Below, piece after piece: positions 56,752 to 64,000 of a stretch of DNA of 64,000 nucleotides (the first letter of the stretch is position 1; the number at the start of each line of letters is the position of its first letter). The notes beneath the pieces were generated by a model. That model ran no database searches, was not told the origin of the DNA, and saw nothing but the letters and a program-made list of their open reading frames with translations. Origin of the DNA: Asaia bogorensis (GTDB lineage: Bacteria > Pseudomonadota > Alphaproteobacteria > CACIAM-22H2). The translations under genes were made by a program, and so were the position numbers. The DNA lies in assembly GCA_945901855.1 (NCBI GenBank), contig CAMDLT010000021.1, positions 764-64,763 on the forward strand, in the 5' to 3' direction.

Positions 56752-57709
56752 CGTCGAACCCTCCGGGTCAAACCCGCGCGAGACTAGCGATCCGCCCGAT
56801 TTTAATCCAGCCGCGTCTGATCCGGCACCCGAACGGCCGGCGGCCGGGCTCTATCTGGTCGGAACGCCGCTCGGCAATTTGGGCGACATGACCGCGCGCG
56901 GGCGCGCGCTGCTGGCCGCCGCCGCCGTGATTGCGGCCGAAGACACGCGCGTGGCGCGCCGTCTGCTGTCGGCGCTTGGCTTGCCCGCGCCAAAATTGGT
57001 GCGCTTCGATGCGACCGCCAGCGACGCCAGCGCGGCATATCTGGCAGCGCAGGCGCGCGAGCGCATCGTCGTCTATGTGTCCGACGCGGGCATGCCGGGC
57101 ATCGCCGATCCGGGGGCCGAGCTTGTGGCGGCTGCACGTCAAGCGGGCATTGCGGTGACGGTCGTGCCCGGCCCTTCGGCCATCGCGACGGCAATCGCCT
57201 TGTCGGGGTTGCCGGCCGAGCCGTTTTTGTTTTTGGGCTTTTTGCCGCCCAAGACCGGGCCGCGCGCGCGCCGCTTGATGGAATTTCGCGATGTGGCGGC
57301 CAGCCTCGTGGCCTTCGAAGCGCCGCATCGTTTGGCCGAAACGCTGGCCGCCATGGCCGAAATTCTGGGACCGCGCCCGGCTGCGGTTGCGCGCGAAATG
57401 ACCAAGCGGTTCGAGGAATGCCGCTTGGGCACGCTCGATGCGCTTGCCGCCCATTACCGGGACCAACCGGCACTCGGCGAAATCGTGCTGGTAATCGGCC
57501 CGCCCTTGGCCGCCGCCAAGCCGGGGCTCGACGACGCGGCGGTTCGCGCCAAGCTTGAAAAGGCGCTGGCCAGTTTGGGCGTGCGCGATGCTGCCGACCG
57601 CGTGGCGGCGGAAACCGGTTTGCCGCGCCGCCCGATCTATGCCGCCGCCTTGGCGCTCACGGGAAAGAATGGCGCCGGAAAGAGCGGTACAGGCAAAAAA
57701 CAACGATGA
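56741..57709 (+). CDS. rsmI: 16S rRNA (cytidine1402-2'-O)-methyltransferase RsmI
   Basis: LYLVGTPLGNLGDMTARGRALLAAAAVIAAEDTRVARRLL matches the tetrapyrrole-methylase-fold RsmI N-terminus. The start overlaps the divergent lpoA-like start by 11 nt. Confidence 0.85.
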   Translation: MGRNVEPSGSNPRETSDPPDFNPAASDPAPERPAAGLYLVGTPLGNLGDMTARGRALLAAAAVIAAEDTRVARRLLSALGLPAPKLVRFDATASDASAAYLAAQARERIVVYVSDAGMPGIADPGAELVAAARQAGIAVTVVPGPSAIATAIALSGLPAEPFLFLGFLPPKTGPRARRLMEFRDVAASLVAFEAPHRLAETLAAMAEILGPRPAAVAREMTKRFEECRLGTLDALAAHYRDQPALGEIVLVIGPPLAAAKPGLDDAAVRAKLEKALASLGVRDAADRVAAETGLPRRPIYAAALALTGKNGAGKSGTGKKQR

Positions 57710-58077
57710 GCCGGTCGGCCCGCCATGTCGAAGCCCAAAAGCGCGGTCGCTTTGCCGAGTTTCTTGCGGCTTGGCGGCTGCGCTTGGCGGGCTGGCGGAT
57801 TGTGGCGCACGACGCGCGCCTGCCGGCGGGCCAGATCGATCTGATCGCAAAACGCGGCCGCGTGCTGGCGTTTGTCGAGGTCAAAGCGCGCCGCGCCTAC
57901 GACGATGCGGCAGAAGCGATACACCCTGCCCAAGCTTTGCGCATCGCGCGCGCGGCCGAACAGTTTCTCGCCAAGCGCCCCGAATTCGACACATTCGAGA
58001 TTCGCTTCGACCTGGTTCTTGTCGCAGCGCGCGGCTGGCCAAAACATATCCAAGATGCTTGGCACGACCGGCGCTGA
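57706..58077 (+). CDS. YraN family protein (UPF0102, predicted endonuclease fold)
   Basis: GRFAEFLAAWRLRLAGWRIVAHDARLPAGQIDLIAKRGRVLAFVEVKAR is conserved in YraN. Follows rsmI. Confidence 0.8.
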   Translation: MSRSARHVEAQKRGRFAEFLAAWRLRLAGWRIVAHDARLPAGQIDLIAKRGRVLAFVEVKARRAYDDAAEAIHPAQALRIARAAEQFLAKRPEFDTFEIRFDLVLVAARGWPKHIQDAWHDRR

Positions 58078-58130
58078 CGCTTAGATTCGGGGCAATCGAT
58101 TCGAGGCGTATTTGCCGAGGAGAATTGAAC

Positions 58131-58763
58131 ATGCCCATGAAATCCAAAATTCCCGCGTTGGCCGTGCTGGCATTGGGTCTGGCGCTGCAAGGCTGCGTCG
58201 GTCTGGCCGTCGGCGGCGCTGCGACGGCAGGCTCGGCCGCGATGCAGGAGCGCGGCATTCGCGGCGCCGTCAGCGACAATGCGATCGCGCTGGAGATCAA
58301 CCACTACTGGTTCCAAAGCAGCGAAAGTCTGTTTGCCTCGGTGCAGACGCAGATTTACGAAGGGCGCGTGCTGGTGTCCGGCGCCATGACCGATGCCGAC
58401 AAACGCGCCGAAGCGATCCGGCTCGCCTGGCAGGCCAAGGGCGTGCGCGAGATCATCAACGAAATCGAATTGACCGACGCAGGCGGCCTCAAAGCCTATG
58501 CCAAGGACACGTGGTCGGCGGGCGAGCTGCGTTCGCGCCTGCTGTTCGCGCGCAACGTCAACTCCGCGAACTACTCGGTCGAGGTCGTCAACGGCACGGT
58601 TTATCTGCTGGGCGTCTATACGGACGCGGCCGAGCACGACCGCGTGCTGAGCATCGCGCGCAGCCAGGCGAATATCCGGCGCGTGGTCAGCCACGTGATC
58701 GCGCGCGACGATCCGCGCCGCTTCCGCGCACCGCCGGGCGAGGAGCAGGGGAAGGCTTCTTGA
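58131..58763 (+). CDS. BON-domain lipoprotein (OsmY/YraP-like)
   Basis: ATG at 58131. Lipoprotein signal MPMKSKIPALAVLALGLALQGC, then two BON domains. Confidence 0.75.
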   Translation: MPMKSKIPALAVLALGLALQGCVGLAVGGAATAGSAAMQERGIRGAVSDNAIALEINHYWFQSSESLFASVQTQIYEGRVLVSGAMTDADKRAEAIRLAWQAKGVREIINEIELTDAGGLKAYAKDTWSAGELRSRLLFARNVNSANYSVEVVNGTVYLLGVYTDAAEHDRVLSIARSQANIRRVVSHVIARDDPRRFRAPPGEEQGKAS

Positions 58764-59617
58764 CGCAAGTCTTTCGCCCCGGCGCCAACGCGCCCAGCGA
58801 TGCGGTTGCGCTCTTGCGCGCGGCCGCCGGTCGCGGGGAAGAGGAGCTGGCGCTTGCCGAGACCGCCTTGGCGCTGTCGGCTGCCGCGACGCCGGCGATC
58901 GATCTGGCGCCGCTGCGCGCGCACTTGGCCGATATCGCCCGGGGCGTTGCGGCCGAAGCCGAGAAAAGTTCGGACACGGTTGCCGCGCGCGTGGCCGCGC
59001 TGCGCACAGTGCTGGTCGCGCAAATGGACTATCGTGGCGACCGCGACAGCTACGACGATCTGCAGAACGCGGACCTGGCGCGCGTGATCGCACGGCGGCG
59101 CGGCTTGCCGGTGGCGCTCGCCGTCGTTTGGATCCATGGCGCGCGCAGCCAGGGCTGGCCCGCGACGGGCCTCGCCTTCCCCAGCCATTTTTTGATCCGC
59201 ATCGAAGGCCCCGACGGGCGCGCCATCGTCGATCCGTTCGACGACGGCGCCGTGCTGGATACGCCCGCGTTGCGCCGCCTGCTCAAAAACGTCGAAGGGC
59301 CGCAGGCGGAATTGCAGAACCACCATTATGCGGGCGTGTCGGACCGCACTTTGCTGCTGCGCCTGCAGAACAACATCAAATTGCGTCTGCTCAAGGCCGA
59401 AGAATTTGCGCCTGCACTTGCCGCGCTCGAGCGCATGCTGATGCTGGCGCCGGGCGACGCCGCCTTGTGGCACGAGGCGGGGCTCGTGCATGCCGGGCTC
59501 GACAATCTGCGGGCGGGCGTGATGTGCTTGGAGCAGGCATATGCGCTGGTCGAGGCGCCAAGCGCCAGGGCGCGCATCGCCATGGAGCTGCAAGCGCTCA
59601 ATAGCCGTCTCAACTGA
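58760..59617 (+). CDS. Transglutaminase-like / TPR protein (SirB1 N-terminal domain family)
   Basis: Probable TTG start at 58760 overlapping the BON stop; no ATG is available. A SirB1-like region and C-terminal TPR-like helices. Confidence 0.55.
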   Translation: MTQVFRPGANAPSDAVALLRAAAGRGEEELALAETALALSAAATPAIDLAPLRAHLADIARGVAAEAEKSSDTVAARVAALRTVLVAQMDYRGDRDSYDDLQNADLARVIARRRGLPVALAVVWIHGARSQGWPATGLAFPSHFLIRIEGPDGRAIVDPFDDGAVLDTPALRRLLKNVEGPQAELQNHHYAGVSDRTLLLRLQNNIKLRLLKAEEFAPALAALERMLMLAPGDAALWHEAGLVHAGLDNLRAGVMCLEQAYALVEAPSARARIAMELQALNSRLN

Positions 59618-59631
59618 AGGGAATATACGAC

Positions 59632-60582
59632 ATGGGTCTTCGCGTCGCGGTCCAGATGGACCCGCTGGTCGGCATCAATATCGACGGCGATTCGAGTTTC
59701 GCGCTGATGCTGGAAGCGCAGAAGCGCGGCCACGCGCTGTTCCATTATCTGGTGCGCGATCTTTCCATGCGCGGCAAGCACAACATCACCGCCAAAGCGC
59801 ATCCCGTGGCGGTGCGCCGCGAGCATGGCAACCATTTTTCGTTCGGCCCCAAGGAGACGATCGACCTTGCGGCAACCAACGTCATCTTGATGCGCCAGGA
59901 CCCGCCGTTCGACATGGCGTACATCACGGCGACGCACGTGCTGGAGCATCTGCATCCGCGCACGCTGGTCGTCAACGACCCGGCGCATGTGCGCAACGCG
60001 CCCGAAAAACTGTTCGTGACGCATTTTCCCGAACTGATGCCGCCCACGCTGATCACCGCCGACAGCGCCGAAATTCTGGCCTTCCGCGCCGAGTTCAAGG
60101 ACATCATCGTGAAGCCCCTGTTCGGCAATGGCGGGGCCGGCGTGTTTCGCATCAAACCCGACGACGAGAATCTGACGGCGCTGATCGAGATGTTCACCGC
60201 CGCCAGCCGCGAGCCGCTGATGGTGCAGCGCTACGAGCCGGCCGTGCGCCAAGGCGACAAGCGCATCATCCTGATCGACGGCAAGGCGGAGGGCGCCATC
60301 AACCGCGTGCCCGCCGCAGGGGAAGCGCGCGCCAACATGCATGTCGGCGGCAAGGCGGTCAAAACCACGCTGACCAAGCGCGAGCACGAGATCTGCGAAG
60401 CGATCGGACCGGAGCTTAAAAGACGTGGCCAGATTTTTGTCGGCATCGACGTGATCGGCGACTGGCTGACCGAAATCAACGTGACCTCGCCCACGGGCTT
60501 GCAGGAAATCGGCCGCTTCGACGGCACCGACCTCGCCGCCAAAATCTGGGACACGATCGAAGCGAAGCTCGGCTATTCCTGA
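59632..60582 (+). CDS. gshB: Glutathione synthetase
   Basis: Colinear with E. coli GshB ([34 protein letters not shown]...[12 protein letters not shown]...[10 protein letters not shown]). Confidence 0.9.
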   Translation: MGLRVAVQMDPLVGINIDGDSSFALMLEAQKRGHALFHYLVRDLSMRGKHNITAKAHPVAVRREHGNHFSFGPKETIDLAATNVILMRQDPPFDMAYITATHVLEHLHPRTLVVNDPAHVRNAPEKLFVTHFPELMPPTLITADSAEILAFRAEFKDIIVKPLFGNGGAGVFRIKPDDENLTALIEMFTAASREPLMVQRYEPAVRQGDKRIILIDGKAEGAINRVPAAGEARANMHVGGKAVKTTLTKREHEICEAIGPELKRRGQIFVGIDVIGDWLTEINVTSPTGLQEIGRFDGTDLAAKIWDTIEAKLGYS

Positions 60583-60603
60583 CGCGCGCTTGGTTTTGCA
60601 GCG

Positions 60604-61347
60604 CTAGAACAGCCCGCGCGCGGCCAGGTACGCGCCAAGCGCCAGCAACCCCGCCAGGAAGACGCGCCGGAACGTCTCGCCGCCCAAGCGACGGCGCAGC
60701 TTGGTGCCGATCCACATGCCCGCCAAGGCCGGCAGCAGCGCGAAGCCCGACAAAGCGAGCGTCGAAAAATCGTAGACGTCGCCCGCCGCAAGGCTCGCCC
60801 CCAGCGCCAGCATCGCCACCATAAAGGTGAGGCCGAGCGCCTGGATAAGATCTTCCTTGTCGAGGTCCAGCGCCTGCAAATAGGGCACGCTTGGCATCAC
60901 CACCACGCCCGTTGCGGCCGTAACCAGCCCCGTCGCCAAACCGATCAACGGGCCTGCCACAGGTTCGTAGCGGCCGGGCGACGGCAGACGAACATTGGCA
61001 AGTGCGAGCCCCGCATAGGCCACGATGGCAAGGCCCAAGGCGATGCGCGCTTGCAGGGCGCCCTCGCCCACAAGCCAGCCGTCGCCGAGCCACACGCCGA
61101 CGCAGATCGCCGCCAGCATCGGCCACAGACGTTTCAAGATCGCGCGAAAATCCGGCCCGTCCCACAATTGCCAGGCGTTGGTAACGAAGGTCGGCACCGT
61201 CAGCAACGCGGCCGCCTGCCCCGGCAGCACGGCGAGGCTCAACAGCCCCATCGAGATCGTCGGCAAGCCCAGGCCGACGACGCCTTTGACGAACCCCGCA
61301 ACCAGCAGCACGCCCGCCACGAGCGCGTAGAAATCGACATCGTCCAT
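60604..61347 (-). CDS. Sulfite exporter TauE/SafE family membrane protein
   Basis: ATG at 61347. Eight TM segments with a duplicated 4TM repeat, 247 aa. Confidence 0.75.
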   Translation of the reverse strand: MDDVDFYALVAGVLLVAGFVKGVVGLGLPTISMGLLSLAVLPGQAAALLTVPTFVTNAWQLWDGPDFRAILKRLWPMLAAICVGVWLGDGWLVGEGALQARIALGLAIVAYAGLALANVRLPSPGRYEPVAGPLIGLATGLVTAATGVVVMPSVPYLQALDLDKEDLIQALGLTFMVAMLALGASLAAGDVYDFSTLALSGFALLPALAGMWIGTKLRRRLGGETFRRVFLAGLLALGAYLAARGLF

Positions 61348-61397
61348 CGCTCGAATGTGCGCTCGGGCGCGCGCCAAGGCAATCGGCGCGTTGCGCC

Positions 61398-62045
61398 CTA
61401 CGCGTCGCACTTCTTGAAACGGCCGACATCCAGATGCAGGTGCGTTGCATGGGCCGCATCGGAGTCGGGCGTCAGCACGATGTTGAAATGGCGACAGGCG
61501 CCCTTGGCGACCTCGCGCAGGAACGCGCCGCGCGGGCCGCGTTCGCGCCAGTGCTGGCGCACCGAAATGGTGACGCGACCCGGCAGTTCGAAGCCGCCAA
61601 TATCGATCGCGCGGCCGAATGCGTGTTCCGACATGCGGTCCGCGCGCCCGGTCTGCGACTTGCACACGTAGGCGCCAAAATGCACGACCTGCACGACCGG
61701 GCGGCCGAAATGGCGCTGGGCAGCGGGCTGCACGATTTCGCGTTCGAACTGCACCAGCGCGCGTGCAAGGCCGCAGCCCATCAGCGCCGGGCGATTGAGC
61801 GGGATCGTCGCCTGCTCAAGCATCAGCGCTTCGGCGATGCCGCAGCCTTCGCGCGTGGTGGCGGTCGCGCGACGCTCGAACTTTGCCCCCGCCGCAGCAA
61901 GGCCCGCAAAACAATCGGCGGCGGGAGCCGCGAGCGCGGGCGGCGCTGGCGGCGGATCGGGCACGGCGGCCGGGGGTGCCAGGCGCGGCGCGCACGCCGC
62001 CATCCCCAGTGCCACCAGAACGACAAGAATTTTGCGAATCGACAC
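61398..62045 (-). CDS. Extensin-like C-terminal domain lipoprotein
   Basis: Probable GTG start at 62045 giving the signal VSIRKILVVLVALGMAAC. A Pro-rich spacer and a conserved extensin-like domain (HAFGRAIDIGGFEL...THLHLD). Confidence 0.6.
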   Translation of the reverse strand: MSIRKILVVLVALGMAACAPRLAPPAAVPDPPPAPPALAAPAADCFAGLAAAGAKFERRATATTREGCGIAEALMLEQATIPLNRPALMGCGLARALVQFEREIVQPAAQRHFGRPVVQVVHFGAYVCKSQTGRADRMSEHAFGRAIDIGGFELPGRVTISVRQHWRERGPRGAFLREVAKGACRHFNIVLTPDSDAAHATHLHLDVGRFKKCDA

Positions 62046-62052
62046 GCCGGGA

Positions 62053-62973
62053 TTATAGGCGGGCAGATTTCTTTCGTGAATCCGTCGCGTAGGAAAGCGC
62101 CGTTGCGAGCAACAGAAACTCGGCCTGGCGCGCCGTGCCCTTGCGCCAAACCAGGCCAAGTTCGCGCGCGGGGTCGTCTTCGACGCGCAGCGCGATGAGG
62201 TCGGTGCCCCCGAGCAAGCCCGCATCGACGGCCATCTGCGGCAGCAGCGTGATGCCAAGCCCGTTGTCGACCATTTGCACGAGCGTGAACAACGACGTCG
62301 CCGCCAGCGTGTCGGCCTCGCCCGCATCGCGCAGACCGCACGCGGCGAGCGCGTGGCGCTTCATGCAGTGCCCGTCGGCCAGCAGCAGCAATTTGCGTTT
62401 GCGAATTTCGGCCGTCGGCACGGTCTTGAATTTCGCCAGCGCATCGTCGCGCCGCACGACCAGGCGGAACCCGTCGCGCCCAAGCGGCGCGCCCGCATTG
62501 GGCCCGCAATCGCACGGCAGCGCCAGCAGCGCCACGTCGATCGCCCCGTGGGCGAGTTTTTCGACCAAGCGTTCGGTTAGATCTTCGACCAGAAACAATT
62601 TGAGCAGCGGATAGGCCTTGCGCAGCGCGGGCAGCGCCTTTGGCATCCAGAACGGACTGACCGACGGAATGACGCCAAGCCGCAGCTCGCCCGTCAGCGG
62701 CGCCCGCGCGCGCTGCGCTTCGAGCGCCAGTTCCTCGGCATCCGCCAGCAACCGGCGGGCACGCGCCAGCACGCGCTCGCCAAGCGGGGTGATGACGACC
62801 GAGCGGCGGGTGCGGTCGACCAGCCCTGCGCCCAAGATCGCTTCGAGCTCCTGCAAGCTTGCGGACAAGGTGGATTGCGTGACGTTGGCGGCCTCGGCCG
62901 CGCGCCCGAAATTCAGCGTGTCGGCCAAGGCGGCAAAGTGGCGCAGTTGTTTGAGCGTGGGCAGATGGATCAT
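62053..62973 (-). CDS. oxyR: LysR-family peroxide-sensing regulator OxyR
   Basis: HTH LKQLRHFAALADTLNFGRAAEAANVTQSTLSASLQELE, redox Cys pair context (LADGHCMKRH...C), and a position divergent from ahpC. Confidence 0.75.
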   Translation of the reverse strand: MIHLPTLKQLRHFAALADTLNFGRAAEAANVTQSTLSASLQELEAILGAGLVDRTRRSVVITPLGERVLARARRLLADAEELALEAQRARAPLTGELRLGVIPSVSPFWMPKALPALRKAYPLLKLFLVEDLTERLVEKLAHGAIDVALLALPCDCGPNAGAPLGRDGFRLVVRRDDALAKFKTVPTAEIRKRKLLLLADGHCMKRHALAACGLRDAGEADTLAATSLFTLVQMVDNGLGITLLPQMAVDAGLLGGTDLIALRVEDDPARELGLVWRKGTARQAEFLLLATALSYATDSRKKSARL

Positions 62974-63079
62974 CGTTTTTCTCGATTATAGAGACAAATT
63001 ATATCAATTGGACCGATTAAACGCAAGCCATCATTCTGCGCTCGTTCCGCTTCACCCGCCCCTTTGGAGTAAAAAAAAC
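62974..63079. promoter_or_regulatory. oxyR / ahpC divergent promoter region with an ATAG-type OxyR box candidate (GATTATAGAGACAAATTATATCAATTGG)
   Basis: AT-rich intergenic region with ATAG and TTAT elements spaced about 10 bp apart, partially fitting the OxyR ATAG-N7-CTAT-N7-ATAG-N7-CTAT pattern. Confidence 0.4.
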
Positions 63080-63619
63080 ATGCTGACCATCGGCGACAAG
63101 TTCCCCGCATTCGACCTCAAGGCCGTCGTCTCGGCCGATCCCAAAACCGCGTTCGCGCAGATCGACAGCCAGTCGAATGCCGGCAAGTGGAAGATCGTCT
63201 TCTTCTGGCCCAAGGACTTTACGTTCGTGTGCCCGACCGAAATTGCCGCGTTCGGCAAGCTCAACGGCGATTTCCAGGACCGCGACGCGGTCGTCTACGG
63301 CGTTTCGACCGACAGCGAGTTCGTGCATCTGGCTTGGCGCCAGAACCATGTTGATCTGAAGTCGCTGCCCTTCGCGATGCTGGCCGACATCAAGCGCGAA
63401 TTGTCGGCGGCCCTTGGCGTGCTCGACAAGAACGAAGGCGTTGCGATGCGCGCGACCTTCGTCGTCGATCCCGAGGGCATCATCCGCTTCGTTTCGGTCA
63501 ACGATCTGTCGGTCGGCCGCAACCCGGCGGAAGTGCTGCGCGTTCTGGACGCGCTGCAGACCGACGAGCTGTGCCCGTGCAACTGGCAAAAGGGCGACGA
63601 CGTTCTGAAGGCCGCCTGA
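63080..63619 (+). CDS. ahpC: Peroxiredoxin, alkyl hydroperoxide reductase subunit C
   Basis: ATG at 63080. Peroxidatic Cys in FTFVCPTEI and resolving Cys in ELCPCNW. 179 aa. Confidence 0.9.
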   Translation: MLTIGDKFPAFDLKAVVSADPKTAFAQIDSQSNAGKWKIVFFWPKDFTFVCPTEIAAFGKLNGDFQDRDAVVYGVSTDSEFVHLAWRQNHVDLKSLPFAMLADIKRELSAALGVLDKNEGVAMRATFVVDPEGIIRFVSVNDLSVGRNPAEVLRVLDALQTDELCPCNWQKGDDVLKAA

Positions 63620-63644
63620 TTTCCGTCAATTGAGGAGAACCGAT

Positions 63645-64000
63645 ATGTCTCTCGAAACGCTCAAAGCCGCACTGCCGGACTACGCCAAAGACCTCAAGCT
63701 CAATCTGGGGTCGCTCGACACGGAAGCAGCCTTAAGCCCCGAACAGCGCGCGATGCTGTTCGTGGCAAGCGCGCTTGCCGTGCGCCAACCGGCGCTGCGC
63801 GATGCGATCGTCGGGCACTACGCGCCGGGCTTGAGCGCGGAGCAGCTGGGGGCCGCCAAGATTGCGGTCGCGATCATGGGCATGAACAATGTCTATTATC
63901 GCTTCACGCATCTGGTGTCGGCGGGCGACTACGCGACGATGCCCGCACGCCTGCGCATGAACGCGATGGCAAAGCCCGGCATCCCGGCATCGGAGTTCGA
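63645..64000 (+). CDS. ahpD: Alkylhydroperoxidase AhpD (carboxymuconolactone-decarboxylase fold), 3'-truncated at the window end
   Basis: ATG at 63645 after a [35 protein letters not shown] is the AhpD N-terminus. The gene runs off the window. Confidence 0.8.
   Translation, partial: MSLETLKAALPDYAKDLKLNLGSLDTEAALSPEQRAMLFVASALAVRQPALRDAIVGHYAPGLSAEQLGAAKIAVAIMGMNNVYYRFTHLVSAGDYATMPARLRMNAMAKPGIPASEF

Noticed and set aside
1-64000. rRNA, tRNA, CRISPR arrays, transposases, integrases, prophage genes
   Set aside because: No tRNA-like cloverleaf candidates, no regularly spaced repeat arrays and no recombinase or transposase-like ORFs were seen. The only compositional anomaly is the 54-kb low-GC islet, which lacks an integrase within the window.

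Overview
High-GC (~65-68%) chromosomal segment of alphaproteobacterial type (judged from the gene families and peptide composition). It is densely coded, mostly chromosomal backbone, with no rRNA, tRNA, CRISPR, transposase or integrase. Contents from left to right:
(1) A LacI-regulated sugar or sugar-acid catabolic and uptake locus: MmgE/PrpD-family gene, SDR, LacI regulator, enolase-superfamily dehydratase, then two tandem CUT1-type ABC importers (SBP plus two permeases each) with no ATPase gene.
(2) A two-gene putative membrane-lipid-modification operon, and a large secreted phytase-like beta-propeller protein.
(3) A nickel-type uptake locus (NikR with a NikABC-like SBP and two permeases, no NikDE), convergent with a TRAP transporter (DctPQM).
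(4) A DUF2256/ICMT-like gene pair, a DCC thiol-disulfide oxidoreductase, dienelactone hydrolase, ribokinase, the Cu-ATPase copA, and a DMT exporter.
(5) A BacNaV-type voltage-gated ion channel with an unusual TLDGWSG pore filter, divergent from a complete chemotaxis operon (STAS-cheA-cheW-cheR-cheB-cheY-MCP).
(6) A polar amino-acid ABC importer (again without an ATPase) next to a catabolic cluster: DapA-family lyase, phosphotriesterase-family hydrolase, class IV aminotransferase, an about 970-aa single-polypeptide fusion of HcnA-, HcnB- and HcnC-like oxidase domains, and an aspartate-dehydrogenase-like gene.
(7) A CHASE hybrid histidine kinase, a flavin monooxygenase, a ureidoglycolate-lyase-like cupin, an SDR, aroE and a transglutaminase-like gene.
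(8) A vapB/vapC pair in which vapC looks degraded, immediately followed by a roughly 1 kb low-GC islet carrying two uncharacterised genes (175 aa and 54 aa) of plausible horizontal origin.
(9) A conserved envelope cluster (lpoA-like, rsmI, yraN, BON protein, SirB1-like, gshB), then TauE, an extensin-like lipoprotein, and oxyR divergent from ahpC-ahpD.
The strongest candidates for something novel are the low-GC islet beside the vapBC remnant, the triple HcnABC-like fusion oxidase, and the channel/chemotaxis pairing.
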